Origin: Gemmatimonadota bacterium
Lineage (GTDB): Bacteria; Gemmatimonadota; Gemmatimonadetes; Longimicrobiales; Gaopeijiaceae
Direction: 5' to 3'
Assembly: GCA_050485805.1 (NCBI GenBank)
Contig: JBJHCB010000001.1
Location: 1-37,673 of the forward strand
Length of the DNA stretch: 37,673 nucleotides
Below the pieces are notes generated by a model. The model was not told the origin of the DNA. It made no database searches and was given only the letters and a program-made list of their open reading frames with translations. Positions 9,301 to 17,716 of the stretch are shown here, in pieces; position 1 is the first letter of the stretch, and each line of letters begins with the position of its first letter. The translations under genes and the position numbers were made by a program.

Positions 9301-9424
9301 CAGCCCGGGAGGGGGGAATGCGCATGGAGGGAGGGGGCGGCCCCCGGGAAGGCCTCGGGGCTGCGGGCGCCAGGAAGGGACCTCGCTGTTCCGCCCCGTG
9401 GAACTCCATCCTCCGGAGGGCACA

Positions 9425-9937
9425 ATGCGCATCCTCGGAACGGCGGCCCTGGTGGCTGCGGTCCTCATGGCAACGGCCGGCGAGGTCGCCGGACAATCCA
9501 ACGGCGAAGTGGGTCGGGTTGGGCTCGGATTCCAGAGCTCCTGGCCGGCCTACGGGATCAGTGGCACCTACGACCTGAACCCGCGGGTGACGGGTCAGGC
9601 GGTGGTGGGTGCCTTCGGGACCCTCTCCACCTTCTCGGCCCGAGGCCTGTACCATTTCCAGCGGGAGGAGAAATATTCCCTCTTCGGCTACGGCACCGCA
9701 GGCGTCTGGCGTCACTCGTTCCGGGCCCTGGGCTCGTCGCAGAGCGAGACGTCTCCGGGGCTGGGGGGAGGCGCCGGGGTCGAACTGAACTGGCGGGGGA
9801 TCCTGGACGGCTCCGGGAACGGGTCGGGGTTTCCGCCCCTCTTCAGCTCCATCGACCTGGGGTTCGTGGCGGCGAGCTTCGACAACTACAACTTCTCCGG
9901 GATGGTGATCGGGGCGGGGCTCCATTACCGCTTCTGA
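9425..9937 (+). CDS. Small outer-membrane beta-barrel protein
   Basis: Start at the ATG at 9425 (MRILGTAALVAAVLMATAGEVAGQ), with GGAGGG 5 nt upstream. It has a signal peptide, alternating hydrophobic beta-strand patterning, G/Y-rich sequence, and the C-terminal 'GAGLHYRF' ending in Phe that is typical of OMP barrels. Confidence 0.75.
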   Translation: MRILGTAALVAAVLMATAGEVAGQSNGEVGRVGLGFQSSWPAYGISGTYDLNPRVTGQAVVGAFGTLSTFSARGLYHFQREEKYSLFGYGTAGVWRHSFRALGSSQSETSPGLGGGAGVELNWRGILDGSGNGSGFPPLFSSIDLGFVAASFDNYNFSGMVIGAGLHYRF

Positions 9938-10043
9938 CGGGGGCGGCCGGAGGCGTTCCGGGCACGCCCATGAACGGGTCGTGTCCGGGACGCGCACCCC
10001 TGGCCCGTTGACGCGGGGGCCCACCCACGGATCCGCCGGGTGC

Positions 10044-11099
10044 CTACTCCCCTCGGAGATCGGGCAGGGAGTCCACCGTCACCCCCACCTCCAGGCCGTC
10101 GGGGGACTGGAAGTAGAGGGCGAGGGGGGGATCCCCCACGGAGCGCACCGGGATCCCCGCTTCCCGGAGGTGCTCCCGCCAGAGCCCCACCGTCTCGCTG
10201 TCAGGAGCCCGGAAGGCCAGGTGGGATGCCTGACCCACCCCAGGACGGGCCCGGTAGTCGGATCCCGGCCAGCCAAAGAGGGTGAGGGCGGACGCCGGCG
10301 CCACCTGGATCCCGTCGTATCGGGCCCAGAGGAGGTGCGCGGTCCGGCCGTCATCCTGGTTCGCCGTCTGCTTCACCAGGCGGAGCCCCAGGGCCACCGC
10401 CAGGAAATCGTGGAAGGCCGCCAGGTCGTCGGTGATCCCCGTGACATGGTGGATGGCCCCGATGTGCATCCCCGGGGTGATCTGGGGGACGGGCTCGGGG
10501 TGGATGGCGGCGGCGATGGCGGCCTCGTCCCGGTGCCCCCGGAGCCGTTCCGCCGGGGGCGTGACGTACCGCTCCCCCAGGGCGTCCGCCGGCTCGTCGA
10601 TGGCGTACCCGGGCCCTTCGGTGGCCAGCTCCAGGATGTGCCCGTCGGGGTCCTGGAAGTAGAGGCTCGTGAAGTATCCCCGGTCGATGGGTCCCTGTGC
10701 CGGGACTCCCGCGTCGGAGAGTCTCCGCTTCCACCGGAGAAGGGCGTCCCGGTCCCCCACCGACAGGGCCAGATGGTGAATCCCCCCGACCCCCCATCGC
10801 CCCCGGGGGAGGCCGGGAGCGATGCGGAAGGCCACCAGCGACCCCGGGCTCCCCTTCCCATCTCCGAACAGCAGTCCCGGATGATGGCTCCCCCCCGCAG
10901 CGTCCGCCGCCGGATCGGGAAGCTGGAGGGAACGGATCCCCTTCGGATCGAGGCGGGTGAGCCCCAGGAGTTCCCCGTAGAAGCGGACGGTCCGGTCGGC
11001 GTCTCCGGAGACGAAGCCCACGTGGTGGAAGCCCTCGGTCCGCATGGGGCCGGGGCGGGGGTGAGGCGCCAGGGGCAGGGAGGGGGCGGTGGCGGGCAT
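10044..11099 (-). CDS. Two-domain VOC/glyoxalase-family ring-cleaving dioxygenase (MhqO/YfiE-like)
   Basis: Track ORF 10044..11414 trimmed to the ATG at 11099. The ATG at 11045 is an alternative. Two VOC modules: 'GFHHVGFVSGDADRTVRFYGELLGL' and 'IHHVTGITDDLAAFHDFLAVALGL', plus 'SLYFQDPDGHILELAT' and 'ALYFQSPDGLEVGV'. Confidence 0.8.
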   Translation of the reverse strand: MPATAPSLPLAPHPRPGPMRTEGFHHVGFVSGDADRTVRFYGELLGLTRLDPKGIRSLQLPDPAADAAGGSHHPGLLFGDGKGSPGSLVAFRIAPGLPRGRWGVGGIHHLALSVGDRDALLRWKRRLSDAGVPAQGPIDRGYFTSLYFQDPDGHILELATEGPGYAIDEPADALGERYVTPPAERLRGHRDEAAIAAAIHPEPVPQITPGMHIGAIHHVTGITDDLAAFHDFLAVALGLRLVKQTANQDDGRTAHLLWARYDGIQVAPASALTLFGWPGSDYRARPGVGQASHLAFRAPDSETVGLWREHLREAGIPVRSVGDPPLALYFQSPDGLEVGVTVDSLPDLRGE

Positions 11100-11395
11100 G
11101 GTGGGACTCCGGGGATCGCAGGGGTCACGCGGCCGATCTGGCCCGGGGCACCCGGAGGAGGGCGCCCTGTACCGATAAACTATTGAAGCTTGAATTGTTT
11201 GCAAGAGGGAGCCGTCCCCTCCTTCCCGGCGGTCGCCATGATCCCCGGTGACGCCATCGTTGCCCGCATCCCCCGGGGCAGCCACTTTGCGCAGCGGTCG
11301 TCCTGTCGGCCCGGGGGCAGCCCCGGCCGGCCAGGGCCGCCCTGCACGGCCGGGCCCGGTCCTCCCACTCCCCCATGAGCCACTGGAGAACGACG

Positions 11396-13807
11396 ATGAG
11401 CCGAGGCGTCCCACGGATGGAGGTGGTGGCCTGTCTGGTCCTGGCCCTGACCCTCCTCGCCCCCGCCCCCGGGGCCTCCCAGGCGATCCAGGAGTATGTC
11501 GACGGGATGCAGTCCCACGATGGGTTCATCCCCGTCCACCTGGACGACGAGACGGGCAACCTCTACATGGAGGTCTCCCGCCTGGAGGAGCCGTTCCTCC
11601 ACACGGTGACGATCCGGCAGGGGACGGGGACCATCGGGCCGGACCGGGGCTCCTCGGCGGGTTCCCGGGTCCTCCATTTCGAGCGCCACGGCCCCAGGGT
11701 CCTGGTGGTGCAGCAGAACTCCGGGATGATCGCCAGCTCCGGGGACCCCGAGGAGATCCGGGCGGTGGAGGAGTCCTTCCCCCGGTCGGTGCTGGCCTCG
11801 CTCCCCATCGTGGCCTCCGAGGGAGCGCGCCTCCTGGTGAACGCCACCGACCTCTTCCTGAGCGATCTCCCCAACAACGCCCCGGCCTTCAACGCCCAGG
11901 TGAACCGGGACCGGAGCGTCATCAACGGGCGCTTCACCCGGGCCTACCCCCGGAACACGGAGGTGTCGGCCCTCATCTCCTTCGTGGCCAGCACCCCGGC
12001 GCCGGGGGCGAACCAGATCGCCCCCGATGGGCGCTTCGTCACCGTGGAGCAGCACCACTCCCTGGTGGAACTCCCCGACGAGCCCCTGGCGCCCCGCCCC
12101 TACGATCCCCGGACGGCCATCGGCGCCCAGGTCTACTGGGACTTTTCCCAGCCCTTCGACGGGGAGTATCGGTTGCGCGTGGCCCCCCGGTGGCGCCTGG
12201 TCCCCAGCGACCCCGAGGCGTACCTCAGGGGGGAGCTCGTGGAGCCGGTGGAGCCCATCGTGATCCATGTGGACCCCGCCACTCCCGAGCCATACCGGAC
12301 GGCCTACCGGGAGGGGATCGAGTGGTGGAACGTGGCCTTCGAGGCTGCCGGGTTCCGGAACGCCATCCAGGCGCCGGACCTCCCCCCGGACGTGGACTGG
12401 ATGGATTCCCGCTACTCCATCCTCCCCGTGGTGCATCGGACCGCCACCGGACCCTCGGTGGGCGGACAGCACCGGGACCCCCGCACCGGGGAGATCCTGA
12501 GAGCCCTCCCCCGGATGGACTCGTACCGCTCCCTGGTGGACTACAACATCTTCGCCGGCCTCATCCCCGTGTTCGAGGATCAGGGGATCGAGCCCCAGAT
12601 CTCGGCGGAGCAGTTCGCCATGGACCGGCGGCGCCAGCACGTGGCCCATGAGGTGGGGCACATCATCGGCCTCCCCCACAACCACATCAGCGCCACCCTG
12701 GACCGGGCCTCGGTGATGGACTACCCCTTCCCCCTCATCGAGGTGGACGCGCAGGGGAACCTGGACATCTCCAACGCCTACCGCCTCAGCGTGGGGTACA
12801 GCGACTCGGTGGCGGTGCGCTACACCTACACCTGGTTCCCCGACGCCCAGTCCGAGGCCGAGGGGCTCCGTCGAATCGTGGAGGAGGCCCTGGAGCGGGG
12901 CCATCTCTACAACACGGACGCCAGGCTTCCCAGCTCCTTCCCCGAGGTCCATCAGTGGGTGGAGGGGGCCACCATGTTCGAGGCCCTGGATCGGACCCGG
13001 GCGGTGCGGCGCCTCATCCTGGACCACTTCGACGAGCGGGTGGTCCGCCCCGGCGAACCCATGGCCTGGCTGAACCAGCGCCTGGCCCACGCGTACCTCC
13101 ACCACCGCTACTCGGTGGAGGCGGTGGTGAAGTACGTGGGGGGAGCCCGCCACTACCCGGCCATGCGGGGCGATGGTCAGGTGCCGGTGGTCCCCATCCC
13201 CGCGGCCGACCAGCGTCGGGCCCTGGAGGAGATCTTCCGGGTGCTCTCCCCTGCCGAGCTGGCGGTCCCCGATCGGATCCTGGACCTCATCCCCCCCACT
13301 CCCTCGGGCTTCCAGCGGCTGGAGCCGTGGATCGACTCCCCCGCCGGACCGGTGCTGGACCCCCTGGCCATCGCCCGGAGCTTCGCCCAGGAGGTGGTGG
13401 ACAACCTCCTGCATCCCGAGAGGGCCCACCGCGTGGTCTCCCTCCACCACCGGGATCCCGGGCAGGTCTCCCTGGACGAGGTGCTGCAGGGGCTCGTGGA
13501 TGCGACCTGGGGGGCCTCCGGGACCCGCTCCGCCCCCCAGGGGAACTACGTCCGAGCCGCCGAGCGGGCGGTGCTGGACGGCTTCTTCACCCTCGCCTCC
13601 GACGAGGACGCCACCGCTGAGGTCCGGGACGCCGCCGAGCGGGCGCTGGTGGACCTGGCGGATCGGATCCGCGGCTCCGGGGGGGACGGGCGTCAGGACG
13701 AGAACCACCGGGCCCGGGCGCTCCGCGAGATCGAGCGGTACCTCACCCATGGAACGCTCCCGCCTCTCCGGACCGGCGTCATCGCCATCCCGCTGCCATG
13801 GCCCTAG
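11396..13807 (+). CDS. Secreted zinc-dependent metalloprotease (DUF5117/DUF4953-type, HExxH)
   Basis: In-frame starts at 11375, 11396 and 11417. 11396 has GGAG 7 nt upstream and gives the signal peptide 'MSRGVPRMEVVACLVLALTLLAPAPGASQA'. Zincin motif 'HVAHEVGHIIGLPHNH', followed by 'SVMDY'. Confidence 0.85.
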   Translation: MSRGVPRMEVVACLVLALTLLAPAPGASQAIQEYVDGMQSHDGFIPVHLDDETGNLYMEVSRLEEPFLHTVTIRQGTGTIGPDRGSSAGSRVLHFERHGPRVLVVQQNSGMIASSGDPEEIRAVEESFPRSVLASLPIVASEGARLLVNATDLFLSDLPNNAPAFNAQVNRDRSVINGRFTRAYPRNTEVSALISFVASTPAPGANQIAPDGRFVTVEQHHSLVELPDEPLAPRPYDPRTAIGAQVYWDFSQPFDGEYRLRVAPRWRLVPSDPEAYLRGELVEPVEPIVIHVDPATPEPYRTAYREGIEWWNVAFEAAGFRNAIQAPDLPPDVDWMDSRYSILPVVHRTATGPSVGGQHRDPRTGEILRALPRMDSYRSLVDYNIFAGLIPVFEDQGIEPQISAEQFAMDRRRQHVAHEVGHIIGLPHNHISATLDRASVMDYPFPLIEVDAQGNLDISNAYRLSVGYSDSVAVRYTYTWFPDAQSEAEGLRRIVEEALERGHLYNTDARLPSSFPEVHQWVEGATMFEALDRTRAVRRLILDHFDERVVRPGEPMAWLNQRLAHAYLHHRYSVEAVVKYVGGARHYPAMRGDGQVPVVPIPAADQRRALEEIFRVLSPAELAVPDRILDLIPPTPSGFQRLEPWIDSPAGPVLDPLAIARSFAQEVVDNLLHPERAHRVVSLHHRDPGQVSLDEVLQGLVDATWGASGTRSAPQGNYVRAAERAVLDGFFTLASDEDATAEVRDAAERALVDLADRIRGSGGDGRQDENHRARALREIERYLTHGTLPPLRTGVIAIPLPWP

Positions 13808-13849
13808 GACGGGGGCGGCGGACCGGCAGACCGGCGGACCCTGGGGGCC

Positions 13850-13891
13850 GTGAGCCTGGACCCGTGGGCCGTGAGCCTGGATCCGTGGGCC
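13850..13891. repeat. 2 x 21-bp intergenic tandem repeat
   Basis: gtgagcctggacccgtgggcc (13850-13870) and gtgagcctggatccgtgggcc (13871-13891) are 20/21 identical. They end 7 nt before the GTG start of the methyltransferase CDS. Confidence 0.9.
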
Positions 13892-13898
13892 TGGAGAC

Positions 13899-14618
13899 GT
13901 GAATCCGGGGCCGTTCCGGAAACGGCTCCGTGGGCTGAGACGGGCGGTCCGCACCGGTCTCTACCGCCTCGCTCCGACCCGGCTGTACCTCCACCTCTAT
14001 TCCAGGGACACGGATCGGCGGGTGGAACGGAATCCCGCACGGGCCAGCGGCCACCCCGAGGCGGCGGTCGCCCCGGTCGTCATGCGGTATGTCCGGCACC
14101 TGGGGCTCCAGCCGCACCACCGCTTCCTCGACTTCGGGTGCGGAACCCTACGGACCGGGAAGCACCTCATCGGGTTCCTCGGTCCCGACTGCTACCTGGG
14201 GGTGGACATCTCGGGGAAGGCGGTGGAGTACGCCCTCGGCCTCATCGAAGCCAGCGAGGGCCTGTCGGGGAAACGCCCCATCGTCCGGAAGGTACGTCCC
14301 TTCGAGGCCCTCGACCTGCCCTGGACACCGGACTTCGTCCTCTGTCACTCCGTGTTCACCCATCTGCCACGTCCTGCCGCCCGACGGACCTTCCGTCAGC
14401 TCCGGGATGCCCTGGGGCCCCAGACGACCCTGGTCCTGACCGCCTTCTGTGGAGGGGAGTACCACCACGCGAAGTACAAGGACATCCGGTATCCGGCGTC
14501 GGAGCTCGTGACCCTCGCTGCGGCACACGGAATCGAGCTCCGCGTTCTCGAGGGCTGGTGGGGGCTCTCGCAGACCATCTTCTTCGGCGGACTGAAGGAC
14601 CGGGATCCCGGCGTGTAA
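13899..14618 (+). CDS. Class I SAM-dependent methyltransferase
   Basis: 239 aa, GTG start. Motif I 'FLDFGCGTLR', 'YLGVDIS' (motif II-like acidic loop), 'FVLCHSVFTHL'. The internal ATG at 14082 is an alternative start but would leave only about 17 aa before motif I. Confidence 0.75.
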   Translation: MNPGPFRKRLRGLRRAVRTGLYRLAPTRLYLHLYSRDTDRRVERNPARASGHPEAAVAPVVMRYVRHLGLQPHHRFLDFGCGTLRTGKHLIGFLGPDCYLGVDISGKAVEYALGLIEASEGLSGKRPIVRKVRPFEALDLPWTPDFVLCHSVFTHLPRPAARRTFRQLRDALGPQTTLVLTAFCGGEYHHAKYKDIRYPASELVTLAAAHGIELRVLEGWWGLSQTIFFGGLKDRDPGV

Positions 14619-14882
14619 GCGTTGCGGGGTGGCATGGCAATTCCTGTCCGTCGCCGCGTTGGCTTCCGAGGCCCATGGGCGGAGTGACGGGCGTGGCCGG
14701 GGAGTGCGCGTGGGGCCGGAAGCGCCCCGGGGGGCACGGGATGGGGTCTCCGCGGGGCTTTCCCCTCGGGGCCCCTTCAGCGGGCATGCTTCCTGCGCCT
14801 TGAGCCTCCCCCGGGCCGGCCGTCCGCTTTCTCTGGCTCGCCCGGCGACCATGAGGAGCCCACAGGAGCTCGAGGAGGAGCC

Positions 14883-15524
14883 ATGACCACGACGGACCCC
14901 ATCCGGCGCGCCGGACAGGATCGCTATTTCGACCCCTTCCCCAGCGGCACGTCCCGGTTCGTGACGGCCGCGTTCTCGGATCTGGACGATGCGTTGGACG
15001 CCACACGGGACCTGGAGGCGCATTCCTATCACCGCGACCGCATCAGCGTCTTCATGTCGACTAAGACGCGGGCCAGTCACATCGACACCCACCCGCGCTA
15101 CGAGGAGCTGGAGGAGGATGCGGTGGTGGTGGAGGAGGTCGCCCTCTCCAAGAAGAGCAAGTCCGCCGAGGGCGCCGGCGTTGGAGGCGCCATCGGGGGC
15201 GCACTGGGAGCGGCGGGTGGTGCCATCGTGGCCGTGGGCACCACCCTCGTGATTCCCCCCCTCGGCATCGCCCTCGCGGGCCCGGTGGCGGCGGCGCTCG
15301 CGGGACTTGGGGCCGGTGCTCTCTCCGGAGGACTCGTGGGAGCCCTGGTGGGTGCCGGCATGTCCGAGTATCGGGCGGAGCACTTCGAGCGTCTCATCAA
15401 GGAAGGACACGTGATGGTCGGTGTGACCGTCGAGACCGAGCCCGAGCGGAAGCACGTCCTGGAGCTTCTGGAGAAGCACGGTGGGGACACGGGGCCGAAC
15501 GAGCCCGAAGGGGGTCGCCGCTGA
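14883..15524 (+). CDS. Glycine-zipper membrane protein with YflT/stress-protein-like soluble ends
   Basis: The ATG is preceded by GAGGAGGAG. The central segment 'GAGVGGAIGGALGAAGGAIVAVGTTLVIPPLGIALAGPVAAALAGLGAGALSGGLVGALVGAG' is a GxxxG glycine-zipper TM hairpin. The flanking segments, 'FVTAAFSDLDDALDATRDLE' and 'GHVMVGVTVETEPERKHVLELLEKHG', resemble small stress-protein domains. The functional call is weak. Confidence 0.65.
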   Translation: MTTTDPIRRAGQDRYFDPFPSGTSRFVTAAFSDLDDALDATRDLEAHSYHRDRISVFMSTKTRASHIDTHPRYEELEEDAVVVEEVALSKKSKSAEGAGVGGAIGGALGAAGGAIVAVGTTLVIPPLGIALAGPVAAALAGLGAGALSGGLVGALVGAGMSEYRAEHFERLIKEGHVMVGVTVETEPERKHVLELLEKHGGDTGPNEPEGGRR

Positions 15525-15530
15525 GCTTCA

Positions 15531-15583
15531 GCGTCCCGCCATAGGCCGGTCCCAAGGGCGGTCCCCGCTTCGCGGCGGGACGC
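15531..15583. other. 10-bp perfect inverted repeat with 33-nt spacer downstream of CDS 14883..15524
   Basis: gcgtcccgcc (15531-15540) and ggcgggacgc (15574-15583) are exact reverse complements. It could be a long-loop terminator stem or a protein-binding site. Confidence 0.4.
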
Positions 15584-15595
15584 CAGCCGGCAAGC

Positions 15596-15625
15596 TTGAC
15601 GCCCCGTTCCCCCCGCGGCTATCCT
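15596..15625 (+). promoter_or_regulatory. Sigma-70-like promoter candidate upstream of the low-GC orphan gene
   Basis: TTGACG (15596-15601), an 18-nt spacer, then TATCCT (15620-15625), about 115 nt upstream of the GTG at 15741. Hexamer resemblance only. Confidence 0.25.
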
Positions 15626-15740
15626 CGCGGGGTCCCGGGGTCAGGGTGGAATCGGACGGGGAGTGCGGGCGGCGGGGATGGCGCCCTGCCCCGCGCCCCC
15701 TGCCCGTTCCACCCTTGTCACGTTCCCAAGAGATTCCGCC

Positions 15741-16484
15741 GTGAAGACACTGGTGCTCTGGGGCAAAGACCACGAGGAGCGGGCCAAGGAACTCGCCGGG
15801 GCGTACGGCTCCGAGTATCGCGAGGCCAAGTCGAAGCCGGCCAAGGTGGACGGTCTCACCCGCCTGACCTTCTGGGGGCATGGGATCCCGGCCGAGTTCT
15901 GCGAGATGTCGGTGGAGGTGTTCGTCGACAGGCTCTTGGAATGGAAGGACAAGAACGGCACGCTGGACAGCGTCGAGATCCTGACGTGCAATGGGCGCTA
16001 CTCGGGAGCCGGAAACCAGTCGTTCACCGACAATGTCCGCGACAAGTTGCTGCGGTTCAGGTATCGGAAGCTGCGGGGGGTGAGGCTGCGGGGGCTTCCC
16101 GACGAAACCACCCCCAGCGGCAAGACGTGCCACTTCTCCATCCTGAGCAGGGACGCCACCACCAAGTCCTGGTCGTACGTGGCGACACCTGGATTTTTTG
16201 AAGGCACGTCATCCCAGCACGAGACCCACATGTTCGGGGCGAAGAACTTCCTCGACCAGCTCCTCGTCACACCCACCGGGCGGCAAGGCTACATCCAGGC
16301 CTATGCCCAGATGATGAACCTCCAGAAGCTCACGCTGCAGAGCCCCTACGCCATCTTCAAGAAGATGGATCAGAAGAAGGTGGATGACTTCAACGCCAGG
16401 ATGAAGTCAGCCAAGGAAGACGCCTTCATCATGGTGGGCAACAGCGTGGGTTCGTTGGTCTGGTACCTGAAGGACATCAAGTAA
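15741..16484 (+). CDS. Orphan protein with peptidase C80 (CPD)-like clan-CD His-Cys signature
   Basis: Track ORF 15663..16484. The GTG at 15741 (VKTLVLWGKD...) is preferred because the upstream residues are A/P-rich shadow-like sequence. 'TLVLWGKDHEERAKELAG' + 'LTFWGHG' (His codon 15879-15881) + 'SVEILTCNG' (Cys codon 15987-15989) lie in the order and hydrophobic context of the C80 cysteine protease domains of MARTX/TcdA-B toxins. G+C is visibly lower than in the neighbours: 53-62% in three hand-counted lines. Confidence 0.6.
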   Translation: MKTLVLWGKDHEERAKELAGAYGSEYREAKSKPAKVDGLTRLTFWGHGIPAEFCEMSVEVFVDRLLEWKDKNGTLDSVEILTCNGRYSGAGNQSFTDNVRDKLLRFRYRKLRGVRLRGLPDETTPSGKTCHFSILSRDATTKSWSYVATPGFFEGTSSQHETHMFGAKNFLDQLLVTPTGRQGYIQAYAQMMNLQKLTLQSPYAIFKKMDQKKVDDFNARMKSAKEDAFIMVGNSVGSLVWYLKDIK

Positions 16485-16519
16485 TCCGGCCGCGTGGCGC
16501 TCGATGGTCGGTGCGACCC

Positions 16520-17716
16520 TCAGCCCAGGACGATCTGCCGGGTGATCTGGCCGTTGCTCTCCCAGTAGGTGTGCTTGTTGGCGAGGATCGGATCATCGGG
16601 CGCGGGTTGGACCCTCCCCCGGGTATCGATGGCCCGGGAGGTGATCCCATGCTCCCCCGTCGACGCGTCCTCCCACCCCAGGGACCAGAAGACCCAGGCG
16701 TTCTCGGCCAGGTTGCTCCGGTCCAGTCGGGCTTCCCTCCAGGGCCCGTCGTCGATCCTCACCTCCACCCGGTCGATGGACCCACCCCAGGCCGCGCCCG
16801 AGATCCGGAGGCTGCCGTTCGTGCGGGAGACCCGGCCCGGCGCTGACTTGAGCCGCTTCGGCCCGATGGAGTTCCGTGTCCAGAGGGTCGTCCCGTCCCG
16901 CTCCTGGGCGCGCAGGGTCACGTATTCGTCGGCCTGGAATCGGCCCTTGAAACGGGAGGGGTGGACCTCGATCCGCTGCAGCCACTTCACGCTGGCCATC
17001 CCATACCAACCCGGGACGATGAGTCGGAGGGGGTAGCCATTCCTCGGAGGGAGGTCCTCTCCGTTCATCTCGTAGGTGAGCAGTGCGCCCACGCCCATGG
17101 CATCCTCCACGGAGAGGGCCCGGGCGAAGTTCTCCTGGACGGTGACGCCATGCACCTCTCCTTCCCCCCGATCCGCGCCCACGAAGACGACGTCCACCCC
17201 GTCGTCCTCGATTCCCACTTCCTGCAGGAGGTCGGCCAGGGGCGTCCCCCCCCAACGGGCGTTGCCGATTCCCGCGTCCAGGAAGGGAAGACCGTGGGTA
17301 CCGGCGCACTCGAGGGTGGCAGTGACGTCCTGGTAGGGTCGCCTCCGGATGTCCTCCAACGAAAGTGCCACCGGATTCCGCACCCGCCCCCCCACGGCAA
17401 GGCGCCAGCTGGCCGGGTCCAGCTCCGGGACGTACTCGTAGCGGGAGATCCCGAAGAACCGATCGTTCGGGGTGATCCAGGAGTCCAGGTCCTCCCAGAC
17501 CTGCTGATTCCGGATGACGTCCGGCATGGGGTTGTCGGGGCGACGGTCCGCCCAGGGGATGACCTCCTCGTCAGGGGAGAGGGCCATGGCCCATGCCGTC
17601 GTGGGCCGCCCGAGAAGATACAGCCCCCCCAGCGCCGCGCCGCCCCGCCGCAACAGGTTCCTCCGCGAGATGAACCGTCTCCGCGTCGATTGCTCCCCCA
17701 CTCCCGGGATGTCCAT
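16520..17716 (-). CDS. Tat-exported sulfite-oxidase-family molybdopterin oxidoreductase
   Basis: The track ORF starts at the GTG at 17728. The ATG at 17716 has GGAGG 5-6 nt upstream. Twin-arginine signal 'STRRRFISRRNLL'. 'TATLECAGT' contains the Mo-ligand Cys. 'GYPLRLIVPGWYGMASVKWLQRIEV' is the oxidoreductase molybdopterin-binding signature, followed by a C-terminal Mo-co dimerisation-like domain. Confidence 0.85.
   Translation of the reverse strand: MDIPGVGEQSTRRRFISRRNLLRRGGAALGGLYLLGRPTTAWAMALSPDEEVIPWADRRPDNPMPDVIRNQQVWEDLDSWITPNDRFFGISRYEYVPELDPASWRLAVGGRVRNPVALSLEDIRRRPYQDVTATLECAGTHGLPFLDAGIGNARWGGTPLADLLQEVGIEDDGVDVVFVGADRGEGEVHGVTVQENFARALSVEDAMGVGALLTYEMNGEDLPPRNGYPLRLIVPGWYGMASVKWLQRIEVHPSRFKGRFQADEYVTLRAQERDGTTLWTRNSIGPKRLKSAPGRVSRTNGSLRISGAAWGGSIDRVEVRIDDGPWREARLDRSNLAENAWVFWSLGWEDASTGEHGITSRAIDTRGRVQPAPDDPILANKHTYWESNGQITRQIVLG

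Noticed and set aside
6304-9501. 1065-aa minus-strand ORF antisense to Ser/Thr kinase 1
   Set aside because: It is R/G/P/H-rich with no recognisable motifs, and it lies opposite a frame that has complete Hanks kinase and TPR signatures. This is a typical high-G+C shadow ORF.
11173-11210. AT-rich patch 'cgataaactattgaagcttgaattgtttgcaagaggg' in the divergent region between the dioxygenase and metalloprotease genes, together with the recurring AAGCTT cores at 11187, 15593 and 17882
   Set aside because: It probably contains promoters, but I could not define -35/-10 boxes. AAGCTT also occurs in coding sequence (for example near 4368), and about two occurrences are expected by chance in this window, so the recurrence is not significant.
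11190-11378. 62-aa ORF in the dioxygenase/metalloprotease intergenic region
   Set aside because: It has P/G-rich composition, no RBS and a non-ATG start, and it sits where the metalloprotease leader or promoter is expected.
13850-13891. Tandem repeats (here and at 27826-27899, 24210-24305 and 32161-32208) considered as CRISPR arrays
   Set aside because: The units are directly contiguous with no unique spacers, there are only 2-8 copies of 12-24 bp, and no cas genes are present. They are not CRISPR arrays.
11180-13954. 924-aa minus-strand ORF antisense to the HExxH metalloprotease
   Set aside because: It has a low-complexity G/P/H/V-rich translation and no motifs. The plus-strand frame carries the signal peptide and the zincin motif.
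14629-14886. 85-aa ORF filling the 264-nt gap between the methyltransferase and glycine-zipper genes
   Set aside because: It has R/G/A/S-rich low-complexity translation, no RBS and no motifs. It overlaps the strong GAGGAGGAG RBS and the start of the next gene.
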